Shown here: piece after piece, positions 38,253-49,141 of the stretch
Position numbering within the stretch: position 1 is the stretch's first letter
Layout of the letters: each line of letters begins with the position of its first letter
Origin: Nitrospirota bacterium
GTDB lineage: Bacteria; Nitrospirota; UBA9217
NCBI GenBank assembly: GCA_963845065.1
Contig: CAWJQQ010000009.1
Coordinates: 1,184,001 to 1,248,000, forward strand
Length of the DNA: 64,000 nucleotides
Reading direction: 5' to 3'
Translations under genes and position numbers: made by a program
The notes under the pieces: generated by a model
Told to the model about the DNA's origin: nothing
Seen by the model: the letters and a program-made list of their open reading frames with translations, nothing else
Databases searched by the model: none

Positions 38253-40373
38253 ATGCCGAATGCTGATGTCAAAGAAGTCCGAAACATAGCGATCCTCTCA
38301 CATGGAGCAGCCGGGAAAACCTCACTCGCCGATGCTATTTTGTTTGCGGCCGGTTCCGTTGATCTCCTCGGTAGTGTCGATACGGGGAGTTCCGTGTTTA
38401 TGCATGAACCGGAGGAAATTTCCCGGAAGATCACCATCACTTCGGCCCTCGGCTTTGCCGATTGGCAGGGCGTCCGCATCAACCTGATCGATACACCCGG
38501 CTATATTAATTTTCTTGAGGAGACGAGGGGAACCCTACGCGCTGTCGACGGAGCCGTTCTCATCATTTCAGCCATCTCCGGCGTGAAGGCTGAGACCGAA
38601 AAAATTTATAAATACGCCTGCGACTATGAAGTGCCGCGTATTGCTTTCGTGAGCAAGCTCGACAAAGAACGGGCTGACTTCTTTCGCGCCATAGGCGATA
38701 TGGAAAAGTATTTCTGCAAGAACTCGCTGGTACTGCAGCTCCCTATTGGGTTGGAGGAAAATTTTAGCGGCGTCGTAGATCTCATTAAACTTAAAGCACT
38801 GATGTTCGCCAGGGATGGAAGCGGCAAGATCGAAGAAAAGGAAATTCCTGCAAACATGAAGGAGGAGGTCGCGACCTATCGAAAGAAGCTCGTGGAACAG
38901 ATCGCCGAAACGGAGGACAGCCTGCTCGAAAAGTATCTTGATAAAGGCGATCTCCCTTCGGAGGACTTAATCGCCGGGCTCAAGCACGGAACCCTTGGCG
39001 GGGGGCTTCTTCCGGTGCTGTGCGGTTCACCGGTCAAAAACATGGGGGTTCAGCTTCTCCTCGATATGATCCTGATGTGCCTTCCATCGCCGGCAGAGCA
39101 CGCGCGGATTGTGCAGATCAAGGGGGTTGATCCCAAATCAGGCAATGAAATTGTGCGGAAGCCGACAACGGACGAGCCGCTTACCGCCCTGGTTTTCAAA
39201 ACTATCAACGATCCTTTTGCAGGAAAATTATCCATGGTCCGCGTGTTTTCCGGTATACTCAAGGCGGATTCTACTGGCTACAATTCCACGAAACAAACTA
39301 AGGAAAAAATCGGATCCCTCTTTTATATACAGGGGAAGAAACAGGTCCCGACGCAGGCACTTTCCGCTGGCCAGATTGGTGCCGTCGCAAAGCTCAAAGA
39401 GACGCTCACCGGCGATACCTTGTGTTTAGAACAACAACCGATCGTCATGGAGTTTGCGAAGTTCGCCGACCCTGTTATGTCCTATGCAATTGCGCCAAAG
39501 ACACGGGGAGACGAGGACAAAGTGAGCACCGGTGTCCACAAACTTCTGGAGGAAGATCCAACATTAAAGTTCGCCTACGACGACCAGACCAAGGAGATGG
39601 TCCTTTCCGGTATGGGGCAGGTCCACCTCGAAGTGACACTTGAGAAGCTCAAGCGAAAGTTCGGTGCAGACGTTACCATGAAAACGCCAAAGGTGCCGTA
39701 CAAGGAAACGATCCGATCAAAGGCAAAAGCGCAAGGCAAGTATAAGAAACAGACAGGAGGACACGGACAATACGGAGATGCATGGCTCGAGATCGAGCCG
39801 CTAGCGCGCGGCAGCGGTTTTGAATTTGTTGATAACATCGTGGGTGGCGTGATTCCTCGCCAATATATTCCGGCTGTCGAAAAAGGCGTGGTCGAAGCCA
39901 TGCACGAAGGCACACTTGCCGGCTATCCCATAGTAGACATCCGGGTCTCATTGTATGATGGTTCCTACCATTCCGTGGATTCCTCGGAAATGGCATTTAA
40001 AGTCGCGGCATCCATGGCGTTCAAAAAGGCCGTGGCGGAAGCAAAACCGGCGCTGCTGGAGCCGATAATGAACGTTGAGGTCATGTCACCCGACGACACA
40101 CTCGGCGCCGTGATTGGTGATTTGAATTCGCGACGCGGCAAGGTCCAGGGAGTGGTCCCCCAGGCGAACGGTCAAACGATCAAAGCGCTGGTACCCATGT
40201 CCGAAATGCTTTCCTATGCCCCGACACTTAATTCGCTCACTAGTGGCAGAGGCATGTATACCATGGAATTCTACGGCTACGAGGACGTTCCGAGCCACCT
40301 GGTCCAAAAGATAACGCAGGAGCGGGCTGCTCAGCATCAACACCAAGGAAACCACAACCAAAAAGAGAAATAA
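38253..40373 (+). CDS. Elongation factor G-like paralog (EF-G2)
   Basis: Divergent G1 SHGAAGKTS, DTPG, SKLD, KKQTGGHGQY, HSVDSSE; outside the str operon. Confidence 0.9.
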   Translation: MPNADVKEVRNIAILSHGAAGKTSLADAILFAAGSVDLLGSVDTGSSVFMHEPEEISRKITITSALGFADWQGVRINLIDTPGYINFLEETRGTLRAVDGAVLIISAISGVKAETEKIYKYACDYEVPRIAFVSKLDKERADFFRAIGDMEKYFCKNSLVLQLPIGLEENFSGVVDLIKLKALMFARDGSGKIEEKEIPANMKEEVATYRKKLVEQIAETEDSLLEKYLDKGDLPSEDLIAGLKHGTLGGGLLPVLCGSPVKNMGVQLLLDMILMCLPSPAEHARIVQIKGVDPKSGNEIVRKPTTDEPLTALVFKTINDPFAGKLSMVRVFSGILKADSTGYNSTKQTKEKIGSLFYIQGKKQVPTQALSAGQIGAVAKLKETLTGDTLCLEQQPIVMEFAKFADPVMSYAIAPKTRGDEDKVSTGVHKLLEEDPTLKFAYDDQTKEMVLSGMGQVHLEVTLEKLKRKFGADVTMKTPKVPYKETIRSKAKAQGKYKKQTGGHGQYGDAWLEIEPLARGSGFEFVDNIVGGVIPRQYIPAVEKGVVEAMHEGTLAGYPIVDIRVSLYDGSYHSVDSSEMAFKVAASMAFKKAVAEAKPALLEPIMNVEVMSPDDTLGAVIGDLNSRRGKVQGVVPQANGQTIKALVPMSEMLSYAPTLNSLTSGRGMYTMEFYGYEDVPSHLVQKITQERAAQHQHQGNHNQKEK

Positions 40374-40394
40374 TAAATTCTGATATAGTGTCAT

Positions 40395-40470
40395 ACCTCG
40401 AAGGCACAAAGTCACGAAGATAGTTAAAAGGGATTAAAAAAAATCTTTGTGTCTAGGTGCCTTTGTGGTT
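40395..40470. repeat. Intergenic inverted repeat of 8-nt periodic CACRAAG units
   Basis: CTCGAAGG-CACAAAGT-CACGAAG ... CTTTGTGT-CTAGGTGC-CTTTGTGGT. Confidence 0.6.
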
Positions 40471-40487
40471 AAAAGAAAGACGGTTCT

Positions 40488-41744
40488 ATGTACAGAAAAG
40501 ATACCCTTATGAACGGTATACGGGTCGTGTCTGAAACCCTTCCAAAATCACGTGCTGTATCAATCGGCGTCTGGGTGAAGGTCGGCTCACGGCATGAGCC
40601 TCCTGAGGTCGGTGGCGTGTCGCATTTCATCGAGCATATGTTCTTCAAGGGCACAGAGAAGCGCACTGCAAAGGACATTGCAATCGAGATGGATTCTCTG
40701 GGAGGAGAGTATAATGCCTTCACGTCGCAGGAAACGACTACCTACTACGCCAAGGTGGTGGACGAGCACCTGCCCGTGGCCATAGACATCCTCTCTGATA
40801 TTCTCTTGGGATCGAAGTTCGATCCCGCGGAAATGGAAAAAGAACGCAAAGTCATTCTTGAAGAGATCAAAGGTGTTGAAGATGCACCTGACGACTATGT
40901 GCACGAGCTCTTCACAAGTACGGTCTGGCCCGAAAATTCACTTGGCCGTCCTATCCTCGGCACCAGAGACACCATTAAGGAGATGAAACACCAGGACATC
41001 CTCTCCTATATTGACAATTATTACAGCCCGAAGGAGATTGTTATCTCCGTAGCCGGTAATTTCGACCATGCCCAATTAATAGATCTCCTGAATAGGCAAT
41101 TCGGGAAACTTGCAAGGGGCGGGGCTCCTAAAAAAGAGGAGACACCAACCTTCACCAGCGCTATATACGTGAAGAAGAAGCAACTCGAGCAGGTGCAGCT
41201 CTGCATGGGATGTAAAGGAATTTCGAATACTCATGATGATCGGTATGTGATCTCGGCACTCAATACCGTGCTTGGATACAGCATGAGTTCGAGGTTGTTC
41301 CAAGAAGTGCGCGAACAGTACGGGCTTGCCTATTCGATATACTCTTACGTTACTTCTTATCGCGATGCAGGCCTCTTTACCATCTATGCGGGAACGGGTC
41401 CTTCGAATGCGCTCGAAGTGGTCCGGCTTGTGATCAAGGAATTAAAAAAGATTAAGGTCGAGGGGATCACACCGGCTGAGGTATTACGCGTGAAAAACCA
41501 GGTCAAAGGAAACCTGATCCTATCGCTCGAGAGCAGTAACAGTCACATGAGCCGGATCGCGCGTCAGGAGATATATTTCGGAAAATATCTGTCCATGGAT
41601 GATATCATCAAGGGAGTGGAAAAGGTAAGCGGAGACCAGGTGCGGCAACTGGCACAGAAGTTGTTCGCGCAGGACAATATTGCCCTTACAATCCTCGGCC
41701 CGCTGTCCAGGGCCGATGTGCCAGATTCGGTTTTGGAAATTTAG
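40488..41744 (+). CDS. M16 family zinc peptidase
   Basis: HFIEHMFFKGT (HxxEH), NAFT, SSRLFQEVRE. Confidence 0.95.
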   Translation: MYRKDTLMNGIRVVSETLPKSRAVSIGVWVKVGSRHEPPEVGGVSHFIEHMFFKGTEKRTAKDIAIEMDSLGGEYNAFTSQETTTYYAKVVDEHLPVAIDILSDILLGSKFDPAEMEKERKVILEEIKGVEDAPDDYVHELFTSTVWPENSLGRPILGTRDTIKEMKHQDILSYIDNYYSPKEIVISVAGNFDHAQLIDLLNRQFGKLARGGAPKKEETPTFTSAIYVKKKQLEQVQLCMGCKGISNTHDDRYVISALNTVLGYSMSSRLFQEVREQYGLAYSIYSYVTSYRDAGLFTIYAGTGPSNALEVVRLVIKELKKIKVEGITPAEVLRVKNQVKGNLILSLESSNSHMSRIARQEIYFGKYLSMDDIIKGVEKVSGDQVRQLAQKLFAQDNIALTILGPLSRADVPDSVLEI

Positions 41745-41845
41745 AAACGGTAAATGGTAGACAACATTTGGTAGGTTGCGATGATTAAAAAAATGAGTTT
41801 TTCTGAGTGTGCCGTATATTGTATTCTGTCCGCTGAATCGGTGCT

Positions 41846-42301
41846 ATGTCTGACCATCTTATAGTTCATATAACGAAACTTAAAAATGCAGATGGGATCC
41901 CACTGCCTCATTACCAGACCAAGCATGCCTCTGGAGTGGACCTTTACGCTGCTATCGAAGGTGATGTAATCATTGATGCTGGGAAGTGGTTACTCATCCC
42001 GACAGGGATTGCTCTAGCTATTCCCGAAGGCTATGAAGGGCAGGTCCGGCCTCGCAGCGGACTTGCGCTAAAACACGGTATCGGTATGCTGAACGGCCCA
42101 GGGACCATTGATGCGGATTACCGGGGTGAGGTCGGCATCATCCTGTTCAATTTCAGCGGCACGCCGTTCAGGGTTCGGCGCGGAGACCGCATCGCTCAGC
42201 TTGTGTTTGCAAAACTGTCGAAGGCAAGGTTTGAAAGTGTTTCGCAATTGACCGAAACCGCGCGGGGTGCCGGAGGATTCGGGCATACGGGAGTAAAGTG
42301 A
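41846..42301 (+). CDS. dut: dUTPase
   Basis: SGVDL, RPRSGLA, GTIDADYRGE, RGAGGFGHTG. Confidence 0.97.
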   Translation: MSDHLIVHITKLKNADGIPLPHYQTKHASGVDLYAAIEGDVIIDAGKWLLIPTGIALAIPEGYEGQVRPRSGLALKHGIGMLNGPGTIDADYRGEVGIILFNFSGTPFRVRRGDRIAQLVFAKLSKARFESVSQLTETARGAGGFGHTGVK

Positions 42302-42370
42302 GGTTGGTTTAGATATTTCAATTCCTCGTAACGATAGAGATTTGAAGCGTTACGCGAGGAGATAGCAAGT

Positions 42371-42644
42371 ATGAAAAAGAAAAGGGCACAAAAATAACAT
42401 TATTTCTTGTATTCTTTTTCTTGACTTCTGTATTCGGCCAGTCCATGAATGTCACCGAGGCGGTTCTCCCGAACGGGCTCAGGGTGCCGCTCATGGAAGA
42501 GCACAAAGCGCCAGTCGTAACGTTCCAGGCATGTTACAGAGTGTGGCTCGAGAAGGTATACGGCGTGTGGCGAAGACATACTTCCGTCCGGAAAGGATGG
42601 TAATTGTAGTGGTGGCGAACCAGGAAAAGACGAAACTGAAATAA
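42371..42644 (+). pseudogene. Deletion scar of a secreted M16 peptidase gene (or gene pair)
   Basis: Frameshifted signal peptide and VLPNGLRV.LMEEHKAPVVTFQ..YRV, joined near 42555 to an M16 C-terminus IRRVAKTYFRPERMVIVVVAN. Confidence 0.75.
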
Positions 42645-42774
42645 TGATCAGAGAAGGAGCGGATAAACCTGGATCTAGACAGAATAGTCGGAAACGATTA
42701 AAATTATTACAACTTTGCTCTTTGTTTATATGATTCTATCTCTATGTTCGTGTTAATCAGCAGTTAAGTGCCCT

Positions 42775-44562
42775 ATGTCTTCAATAATCAACATTCTCCC
42801 CGACCACATCATCAACAAGATCGCAGCCGGCGAAGTGGTGGAGCGCCCTGCATCAGTCGTCAAGGAACTGATTGAAAATTCTATCGACGCCGGTGCTACT
42901 GAGATATTCATTGATATCGAAAAGGCGGGCACGCAGCTCATCCGCATCTGGGACAACGGCAGCGGCATGTCAAAGGAAGATGCGAAGACCGCGTTTCTGC
43001 GACATGCAACGAGTAAAATCAGCGATGAAGCTGACCTCGAGGCAATACGAACTATGGGTTTCCGCGGCGAAGCGCTTTCGAGCATTGCAGCGGTATCCCA
43101 GATTAGGATGGTGACTGCCACTTCGGGAAATTCCAATGGGGTCATGATCGAGATCGAGGGAGGGACGGTAAAGGCCATAAAAGACGCCGCAGCGCCGCAA
43201 GGTACATCGTTTGAAGTTGCCCACTTGTTTTACAACACGCCTGCCCGTCTCAAGTTCTTAAAAAGCGACACGACAGAATTTTCGCATATTTTGAGTGCAG
43301 TGTCCAGAGAGGCAATGGCTAATCCATCCATCAGGTTCAAACTTGCACACAACAAGAAGCCGATACTCGACCTGCCGCTCTCGTCAAGCGTGAAAGAGAG
43401 AGCCTTCCAGTTGTACGGTAATGAGGTCGTGGAAAACGTCATACCATTCTCGGGCGGAAGAGACAACGTTCACATTCACGGCCTTATAGGACGCCCCATC
43501 TTTAGTCGTGCAGATCGCACCTATCAAGACTTTTACGTAAACAGTCGTGCAGTGAAGAGCGCCTCGCTTACGCACGCTCTATACAGCGCATACGGTGACA
43601 TGCTGATGCGCGACCGGCATCCTGTGGGTTTCATTTTTATTGAGATAGACCCTTCTCTCGTTGATGTGAATGTTCATCCTGCCAAAGCGGAAGTACGGTT
43701 TCGGAACCAGTCTCAGATCCATGATCTACTTCGGGACGTGATCAGGGAAGGGCTGCGTTTACACGGGATGCCGGTGATTGAGACCTTCACCGAAACGGAA
43801 AATTACAATACCGCCGTAAGAGAGGCGTTATCCGATTATTTGAAGGGCCAGCCTATAGACCAAACGACGTCGTTTTTCGGGCGACGAAAGAGTGATATCA
43901 CTGCACCGGCCCTGCAGTTCGAGCCAGATGATTCCCGGAAAACAACCTACTCCGCTCTCGAAAGTCAGACCTCGATTTATTCCGCGCACGATCTTTTCCC
44001 CGTGGCGCAAATTCACGACTCTTTTATTATTGCACAGTCGAAAGAAGGTATGGCTATCATCGACCAGCACGCGGCCCATGAGCGAGTGTTGTTCGAGAAT
44101 CTGCAAGATCAATTAGAGTTGGGAACGGTGCCAATCCAGAACCTCCTAGTGCCCGACCAGGTTGAACTCGGACCTGCCCAGAGTGGTATGTTGTCGGAAT
44201 ATCTGCCTGAGTTGAGCAAGGTCGGTTTTCTTGTCGAAGATTTCGGTAGCGGTACGTATATGATCAAGGCAGTGCCAGCGCTTCTCGTCGGTGCCGATTA
44301 TAAACAGCTTCTACTTGATGTCCTGGATGAAGTAAATGTCCTCGGCAACAGCAATAAAATGGAAAAGATTAGAACCGAGATCTTAAGCGTGATGGCCTGC
44401 CATCCGGCAATTAAGATTCATCGGCATCTCGATCACGCTGAGATGGAAGTGCTGCTCCATAATCTTTTTAAATGCCGCATGCCGCACACGTGCCCACACG
44501 GCAGGCCTACGGTCATCAGGTATTCCATGAACGATATCAGGAAGATGTTTAAAAGGATATAG
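42775..44562 (+). CDS. mutL: DNA mismatch repair protein MutL
   Basis: IAAGEVVERP, GFRGEAL, DQHAAHER, ACH, CPHGRP. Confidence 0.98.
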   Translation: MSSIINILPDHIINKIAAGEVVERPASVVKELIENSIDAGATEIFIDIEKAGTQLIRIWDNGSGMSKEDAKTAFLRHATSKISDEADLEAIRTMGFRGEALSSIAAVSQIRMVTATSGNSNGVMIEIEGGTVKAIKDAAAPQGTSFEVAHLFYNTPARLKFLKSDTTEFSHILSAVSREAMANPSIRFKLAHNKKPILDLPLSSSVKERAFQLYGNEVVENVIPFSGGRDNVHIHGLIGRPIFSRADRTYQDFYVNSRAVKSASLTHALYSAYGDMLMRDRHPVGFIFIEIDPSLVDVNVHPAKAEVRFRNQSQIHDLLRDVIREGLRLHGMPVIETFTETENYNTAVREALSDYLKGQPIDQTTSFFGRRKSDITAPALQFEPDDSRKTTYSALESQTSIYSAHDLFPVAQIHDSFIIAQSKEGMAIIDQHAAHERVLFENLQDQLELGTVPIQNLLVPDQVELGPAQSGMLSEYLPELSKVGFLVEDFGSGTYMIKAVPALLVGADYKQLLLDVLDEVNVLGNSNKMEKIRTEILSVMACHPAIKIHRHLDHAEMEVLLHNLFKCRMPHTCPHGRPTVIRYSMNDIRKMFKRI

Positions 44563-44722
44563 CAGTCTAGGCACAGACCGGGTTCGTAGTGATTGCCATT
44601 CAGGAGGTGGCATTGAAAGAGATCATTCCTGTTGCCAGTTTGGTTTCCTTTTTGAGGTTTGTATTGCGGCGCATGCGGCAGTTACTTGGCAAAAAAAGAG
44701 TATCTAATCGAGATCGCCACTG

Positions 44723-45676
44723 ATGAAAGAACAGCTTAATAAACCTATACTGATCTTGGCAGGCCCTACCGCGGTCGGTAAAACGGATTTATCTATTCTC
44801 CTTGGACAGGAGCTTTGCGCGGAGATCGTGAGTGCAGATTCCATGCAAATATACCGCGGCATGAACATCGGCACGGCCAAACCTACACCGGAACAGCGCA
44901 AACTTATATATCATCATATGATTGACGTGGTGGAGCCGAACCAGCCTTATAGCGTTGGCGATTACCTTCGCGACGCACGTTCGGCTATCGATGGCATTAT
45001 TGCAGCCGGCGGGATTCCCATCGTGGTCGGCGGGACTGGGCTTTATATACGCGCGCTAATGCGGGGACTCTTCCACGGACCGCCTGCGGACATCCAACTT
45101 CGCGAGCGGCTGCTGCAACGGGAAGTAGAGATGGAGCCAGGTGTACTTTACGGCGACTTGGTGAAAGTAGACCCAGAGGCTGCGGTAAAAATCCATCCGA
45201 ACGATCTCAGGCGTACGATGCGTGCGCTGGAGGTGTACTACCTTCGTGATAGGAAACTTTCCGAATTCCAGCGCGATCATGCGTTCCGGGACCGACCATA
45301 TCGATTTCGCTTACTCTTCCTAGTGAGGAGTAGAAGTGAACTCTATCCGCGAATTGAGAAGCGCATAGACCACATGCTCGATCAGGGACTAGAGTCGGAG
45401 GTCAAAACATTGATGGATCGCGGATACGGCCCTGACCTGATATCGATGCAAGGGCTGGGGTACAAACATTTCATGGCTAATTTCTTAGGCAGAACTTCTC
45501 GGGAAGAAGCAGTCTCGTTGCTCAAGCGTGACACAAAGCGATATGCTAAACGCCAATTCACCTGGTTTAGACGCGAGCCCGATGCGACGTGGGTTGACAT
45601 CACAGGTCTCGTAAGCGCAGAGGATATTTTGGAACGAATAAAGAAATACGTTGAAATTTCAAAGAAGTTAGTATAA
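44723..45676 (+). CDS. miaA: tRNA dimethylallyltransferase
   Basis: GPTAVGKT, DSMQIY, GGTGLY, YAKRQFTWF. Confidence 0.97.
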   Translation: MKEQLNKPILILAGPTAVGKTDLSILLGQELCAEIVSADSMQIYRGMNIGTAKPTPEQRKLIYHHMIDVVEPNQPYSVGDYLRDARSAIDGIIAAGGIPIVVGGTGLYIRALMRGLFHGPPADIQLRERLLQREVEMEPGVLYGDLVKVDPEAAVKIHPNDLRRTMRALEVYYLRDRKLSEFQRDHAFRDRPYRFRLLFLVRSRSELYPRIEKRIDHMLDQGLESEVKTLMDRGYGPDLISMQGLGYKHFMANFLGRTSREEAVSLLKRDTKRYAKRQFTWFRREPDATWVDITGLVSAEDILERIKKYVEISKKLV

Positions 45677-45745
45677 GATTTAATAAAATTATTTTGTCGC
45701 GAGCATGCTGAGCGCAGTTTCTCGCATCTTTTTTCGGAGGGGTGG

Positions 45746-46012
45746 ATGGGAAAGTCGCAGGTAAATCTTCAGGATATTTTCTTAAACCAGATGCGCAAAG
45801 AAAAAATTCCAGTAACAATGTATCTTGTCAACGGTGCACGACTCATGGGGACGATTAAGGGGTTCGATAACTTTGTCATACTCCTCAAGCAGGACAACCA
45901 ACAGCTTGTTTATAAACACGCTATTTCAACCATCATACCGGAAAAGCCTGTTGAGCTTCTTGATCACGTCGAGATAAAAAAAGAATCAGAACAGAGTGTA
46001 ACACAAACGTGA
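45746..46012 (+). CDS. hfq: RNA chaperone Hfq
   Basis: [21 protein letters not shown]. Confidence 0.98.
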   Translation: MGKSQVNLQDIFLNQMRKEKIPVTMYLVNGARLMGTIKGFDNFVILLKQDNQQLVYKHAISTIIPEKPVELLDHVEIKKESEQSVTQT

Positions 46013-46140
46013 GTAACGTGTTTCGATCAGAATCATACATATAAACAACGAGTTTACATCATGTGACACGTGGTTACGTTTTGCCTTCAGCAGTAATCAG
46101 TGAAAATCTGCATCACGAGATTATAAGGAATAGTTCTAAC

Positions 46141-47046
46141 ATGGCAAAGCGGAGTGAGCAGTCGGGGAAAATCAGCATTGGCGTCATTGGCGGCAGCGGT
46201 CTCTACGAGATGGAAGGGCTGACGCAGTTAAAAACCATAAAAATTACAACCCCTTTCGGCAAACCATCCGATGATTACATCCTTGGCACGTTGCACAACA
46301 AACGCGTGGCATTTCTTCCCCGTCATGGACGTGGTCACCGCATGCTCCCCACTGACATTAACTATCGTGCAAATATATATGGAATGAAAAAACTCGGCGT
46401 AGAACAGATCATCTCCGTCAGCGCCGTAGGTAGCATGAAGGAAGAAATAAAGCCCGGCGACATCGTGATCCCGCACCAATTCTACGACCTTACGAAGCAT
46501 CGTAGGAGCACATTTTTTGGCAACGGCGTCGTCGCGCATGTGGGCATGGCTGACCCGGTATGCGCAGATCTCTGTACGGTCCTGACAGACGCAGGCATAC
46601 ACGTGGGTGCAACGGTCCATCGTGATGGCACTTATATATGCATGGAGGGGCCGCAGTTCTCGACGCGTGCCGAATCGCTCACCTATCGGCAGTGGAACGT
46701 CGATGTGATCGGCATGACGAACGCCACCGAGGCCAAACTCGCGCGGGAAGCTGAAATTTGCTACAGCACAATCGCACTGGCAACAGATTACGACTGCTGG
46801 CATCACAGTGAGGAGGTTGTTACCGTCGAGGCGGTGCTCGAAGTCATGAAGCATAATGTCGAGACATCGAAGGCCATGATACGCGAGGCAGTTCGCAGAC
46901 TACCGGCCTCGCGCACCTGTTCCTGCGGCGACGCGCTAAGGAACACCATCATGACACCTGAGAAGTTGATCCCGGCGAAGACGAAGAAAGATCTCGCACC
47001 TATCATCGGGAAATATATGAAAAAAAATAGATTTACGTCGGCTTGA
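46141..47046 (+). CDS. mtnP: S-methyl-5'-thioadenosine phosphorylase
   Basis: IGGSGLY, PRHG.GH, EGPQFSTRAES, GMT, TDYDCW. Confidence 0.93.
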   Translation: MAKRSEQSGKISIGVIGGSGLYEMEGLTQLKTIKITTPFGKPSDDYILGTLHNKRVAFLPRHGRGHRMLPTDINYRANIYGMKKLGVEQIISVSAVGSMKEEIKPGDIVIPHQFYDLTKHRRSTFFGNGVVAHVGMADPVCADLCTVLTDAGIHVGATVHRDGTYICMEGPQFSTRAESLTYRQWNVDVIGMTNATEAKLAREAEICYSTIALATDYDCWHHSEEVVTVEAVLEVMKHNVETSKAMIREAVRRLPASRTCSCGDALRNTIMTPEKLIPAKTKKDLAPIIGKYMKKNRFTSA

Positions 47047-47143
47047 CACAGACATAGATATCCCTTTTGGATATTATTTTTTCGCTTGTATCTGTTTACA
47101 GAATGTCCATTCAGACCGCATCGTATATTTGGGAGGCTAGTTC

Positions 47144-48052
47144 GTGAGTTTGCTCGTTGTGGGTACAGTTGCCCTGGACTCAGTCAAAACCCCTTTCGGA
47201 AATGTTGACAATGCCCTTGGTGGCTCAGCAACTTATTTTTCCACCTCAGCGAGTTATTTCACCGATGTACGGCTTGTAGCTGTGATCGGAGAAGATTTTC
47301 CAAAAGAACATATCCAGTTTCTTAAGAGTAAAAAAGTTGATACACGCGGTCTTGAAGTCCAAAAGGGTGAGACGTTCCGATGGAAAGGCGAGTACGGATA
47401 CGATCTCAACGAAGCGCATACACTTGCCACACACCTGAACGTACTGGCGACCTTTAAGCCGAACATTAATAATGATTTTAAAACCTCCGACGTCGTGTTC
47501 CTTGCAAACGTCGACCCGGACATACAGCTAGATGTCCTCAGGCAGGTTGAGACACCGAAACTTGTGGCGTGTGATACTATGAATTACTGGATTTCGAGCA
47601 AGCTTGAAGCTTTGAAACGTACGCTGAAGGAAGTGGATCTTCTTACAATCAACGAAGCAGAAATCAGACAGCTGGCTGGCGAGTCGAGCCTTGTGAAAGC
47701 AGCAAAGAGCGTGCAGAACATGGGGCCGAAAACTATCATCGTAAAGCAGGGAAGTTACGGAGCGCTCATGTTTAACGGCCATAGCGTGTTCAGTGCGCCC
47801 GCCTATCCGCTTGAATCGGTGTTCGACCCCACCGGAGCAGGGGATACGTTTGCAGGCGGCTTTATGGGATACCTTGCGAGCACGATGAATTTTACTGAGG
47901 ACAGCATGCGGAAAGCAGTGATCTTTGGCAGCGTCATGGCATCATTAAACGTAGAGGCATTCAGCCTCGATCGTCTCAGAAGCCTGGATTACAAGGAAAT
48001 CGAGGATAGGTACCGCGAGTTTAAAAAGCTGACCCATTTTGAGGATATCTGA
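47144..48052 (+). CDS. PfkB-family sugar/nucleoside kinase
   Basis: LGGSATY, DTMNYWI, DPTGAGDTFAGG. Confidence 0.92.
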   Translation: MSLLVVGTVALDSVKTPFGNVDNALGGSATYFSTSASYFTDVRLVAVIGEDFPKEHIQFLKSKKVDTRGLEVQKGETFRWKGEYGYDLNEAHTLATHLNVLATFKPNINNDFKTSDVVFLANVDPDIQLDVLRQVETPKLVACDTMNYWISSKLEALKRTLKEVDLLTINEAEIRQLAGESSLVKAAKSVQNMGPKTIIVKQGSYGALMFNGHSVFSAPAYPLESVFDPTGAGDTFAGGFMGYLASTMNFTEDSMRKAVIFGSVMASLNVEAFSLDRLRSLDYKEIEDRYREFKKLTHFEDI

Positions 48053-48148
48053 TAAATAATATTAACATTTCCGTAAAACTTCTGACGCTACATCTTAGAG
48101 AACGATTTTGTGCCTTTGACTTTATATGATGGAATTATTGTGAAGACG

Positions 48149-49126
48149 ATGTTCATCATCGATACTGACATAAAAGACCTCAAAGTAAGGGAAAGGAACA
48201 TGGTAAAGGCGTTCTTTTCCATGAACAATCACCAGGTAGCGACGCCTGAAATGATGTCTGAGGAGGCGCGGAGCTACATCATCTTTTTTCGCGAGGCGGA
48301 CGGGAAGATGTCTGCCTACATTGGGATACACCTTCTTCTTACAGGAAGGAAGCTGTTCTATTCCCATACTTCCAATCCCTTCTTTGAACGGGATTTGAGC
48401 TCGGTAGAAGAAGATGCACGCTCATTTGCTGAAGGTCTCGGTGCGATGCTCGATGAAGTTAGTCTGTCTACGATGTCCCGTGACGCAAAGGAACACTGGA
48501 TAGATTCACAAAACATTTTTGATCCGGAACATGAAAAGTCTGTAGTACCTGCAGCTCTGGCGACATCTTCACAGGCACCATCAGTGGCCGAGACTCTTTC
48601 CATTTCACAGCAACATCTGCAATTACAGCCTGTGCCCCCGGCCCAAAACATTGGGCAGTCTCCTCAAACGCAGCCCATACCAGCTTCGGCTATGACTCAG
48701 CCCTCTCAGTCGCAACAGGTCCAAGCCGCGACTGTTCCGCTAGCACCGACGGATCAACTTTCTCCACAGAAACAGCAGAGCCAACAGCAATCGGTGCTGC
48801 AGCGCATTTCATCGGAGCCAATCATTCCCGATGCCAAGAAGATAACACCAGCTCTGGCGCCTCTAGCGAACTTGCAGCAGCAGGCAGAAAAGGCTGCTCC
48901 TTCACAGCACTCAGAGGAAGAGAGTCGAGAATTCCCCAAACAGGCTAATACCAAGACAGTACCTGCATCGACGTTGCCAAAGGAACAGCTCAACATCATT
49001 CAGGAGGCAATTAAGGCAGGAATCGTAAAACCGAAGAAGCCGACGATGAAAAAGGATGTCCAAGCCGCAACTGGTGTCGTAAGCAGAGACCGGGAAGCGC
49101 TGGCCCGCCTCCTTGCATCGTTTTGA
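48149..49126 (+). CDS. Protein of the family found upstream of tgl/pilF in deltaproteobacteria (OrfA-like)
   Basis: SMNNHQVA, A..FAEGLG..LD, Q/P-rich linker, C-terminal ALARLLASF; position before a TPR pilotin. Confidence 0.55.
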   Translation: MFIIDTDIKDLKVRERNMVKAFFSMNNHQVATPEMMSEEARSYIIFFREADGKMSAYIGIHLLLTGRKLFYSHTSNPFFERDLSSVEEDARSFAEGLGAMLDEVSLSTMSRDAKEHWIDSQNIFDPEHEKSVVPAALATSSQAPSVAETLSISQQHLQLQPVPPAQNIGQSPQTQPIPASAMTQPSQSQQVQAATVPLAPTDQLSPQKQQSQQQSVLQRISSEPIIPDAKKITPALAPLANLQQQAEKAAPSQHSEEESREFPKQANTKTVPASTLPKEQLNIIQEAIKAGIVKPKKPTMKKDVQAATGVVSRDREALARLLASF

Positions 49127-49141
49127 AAGGGGTACGCTACA

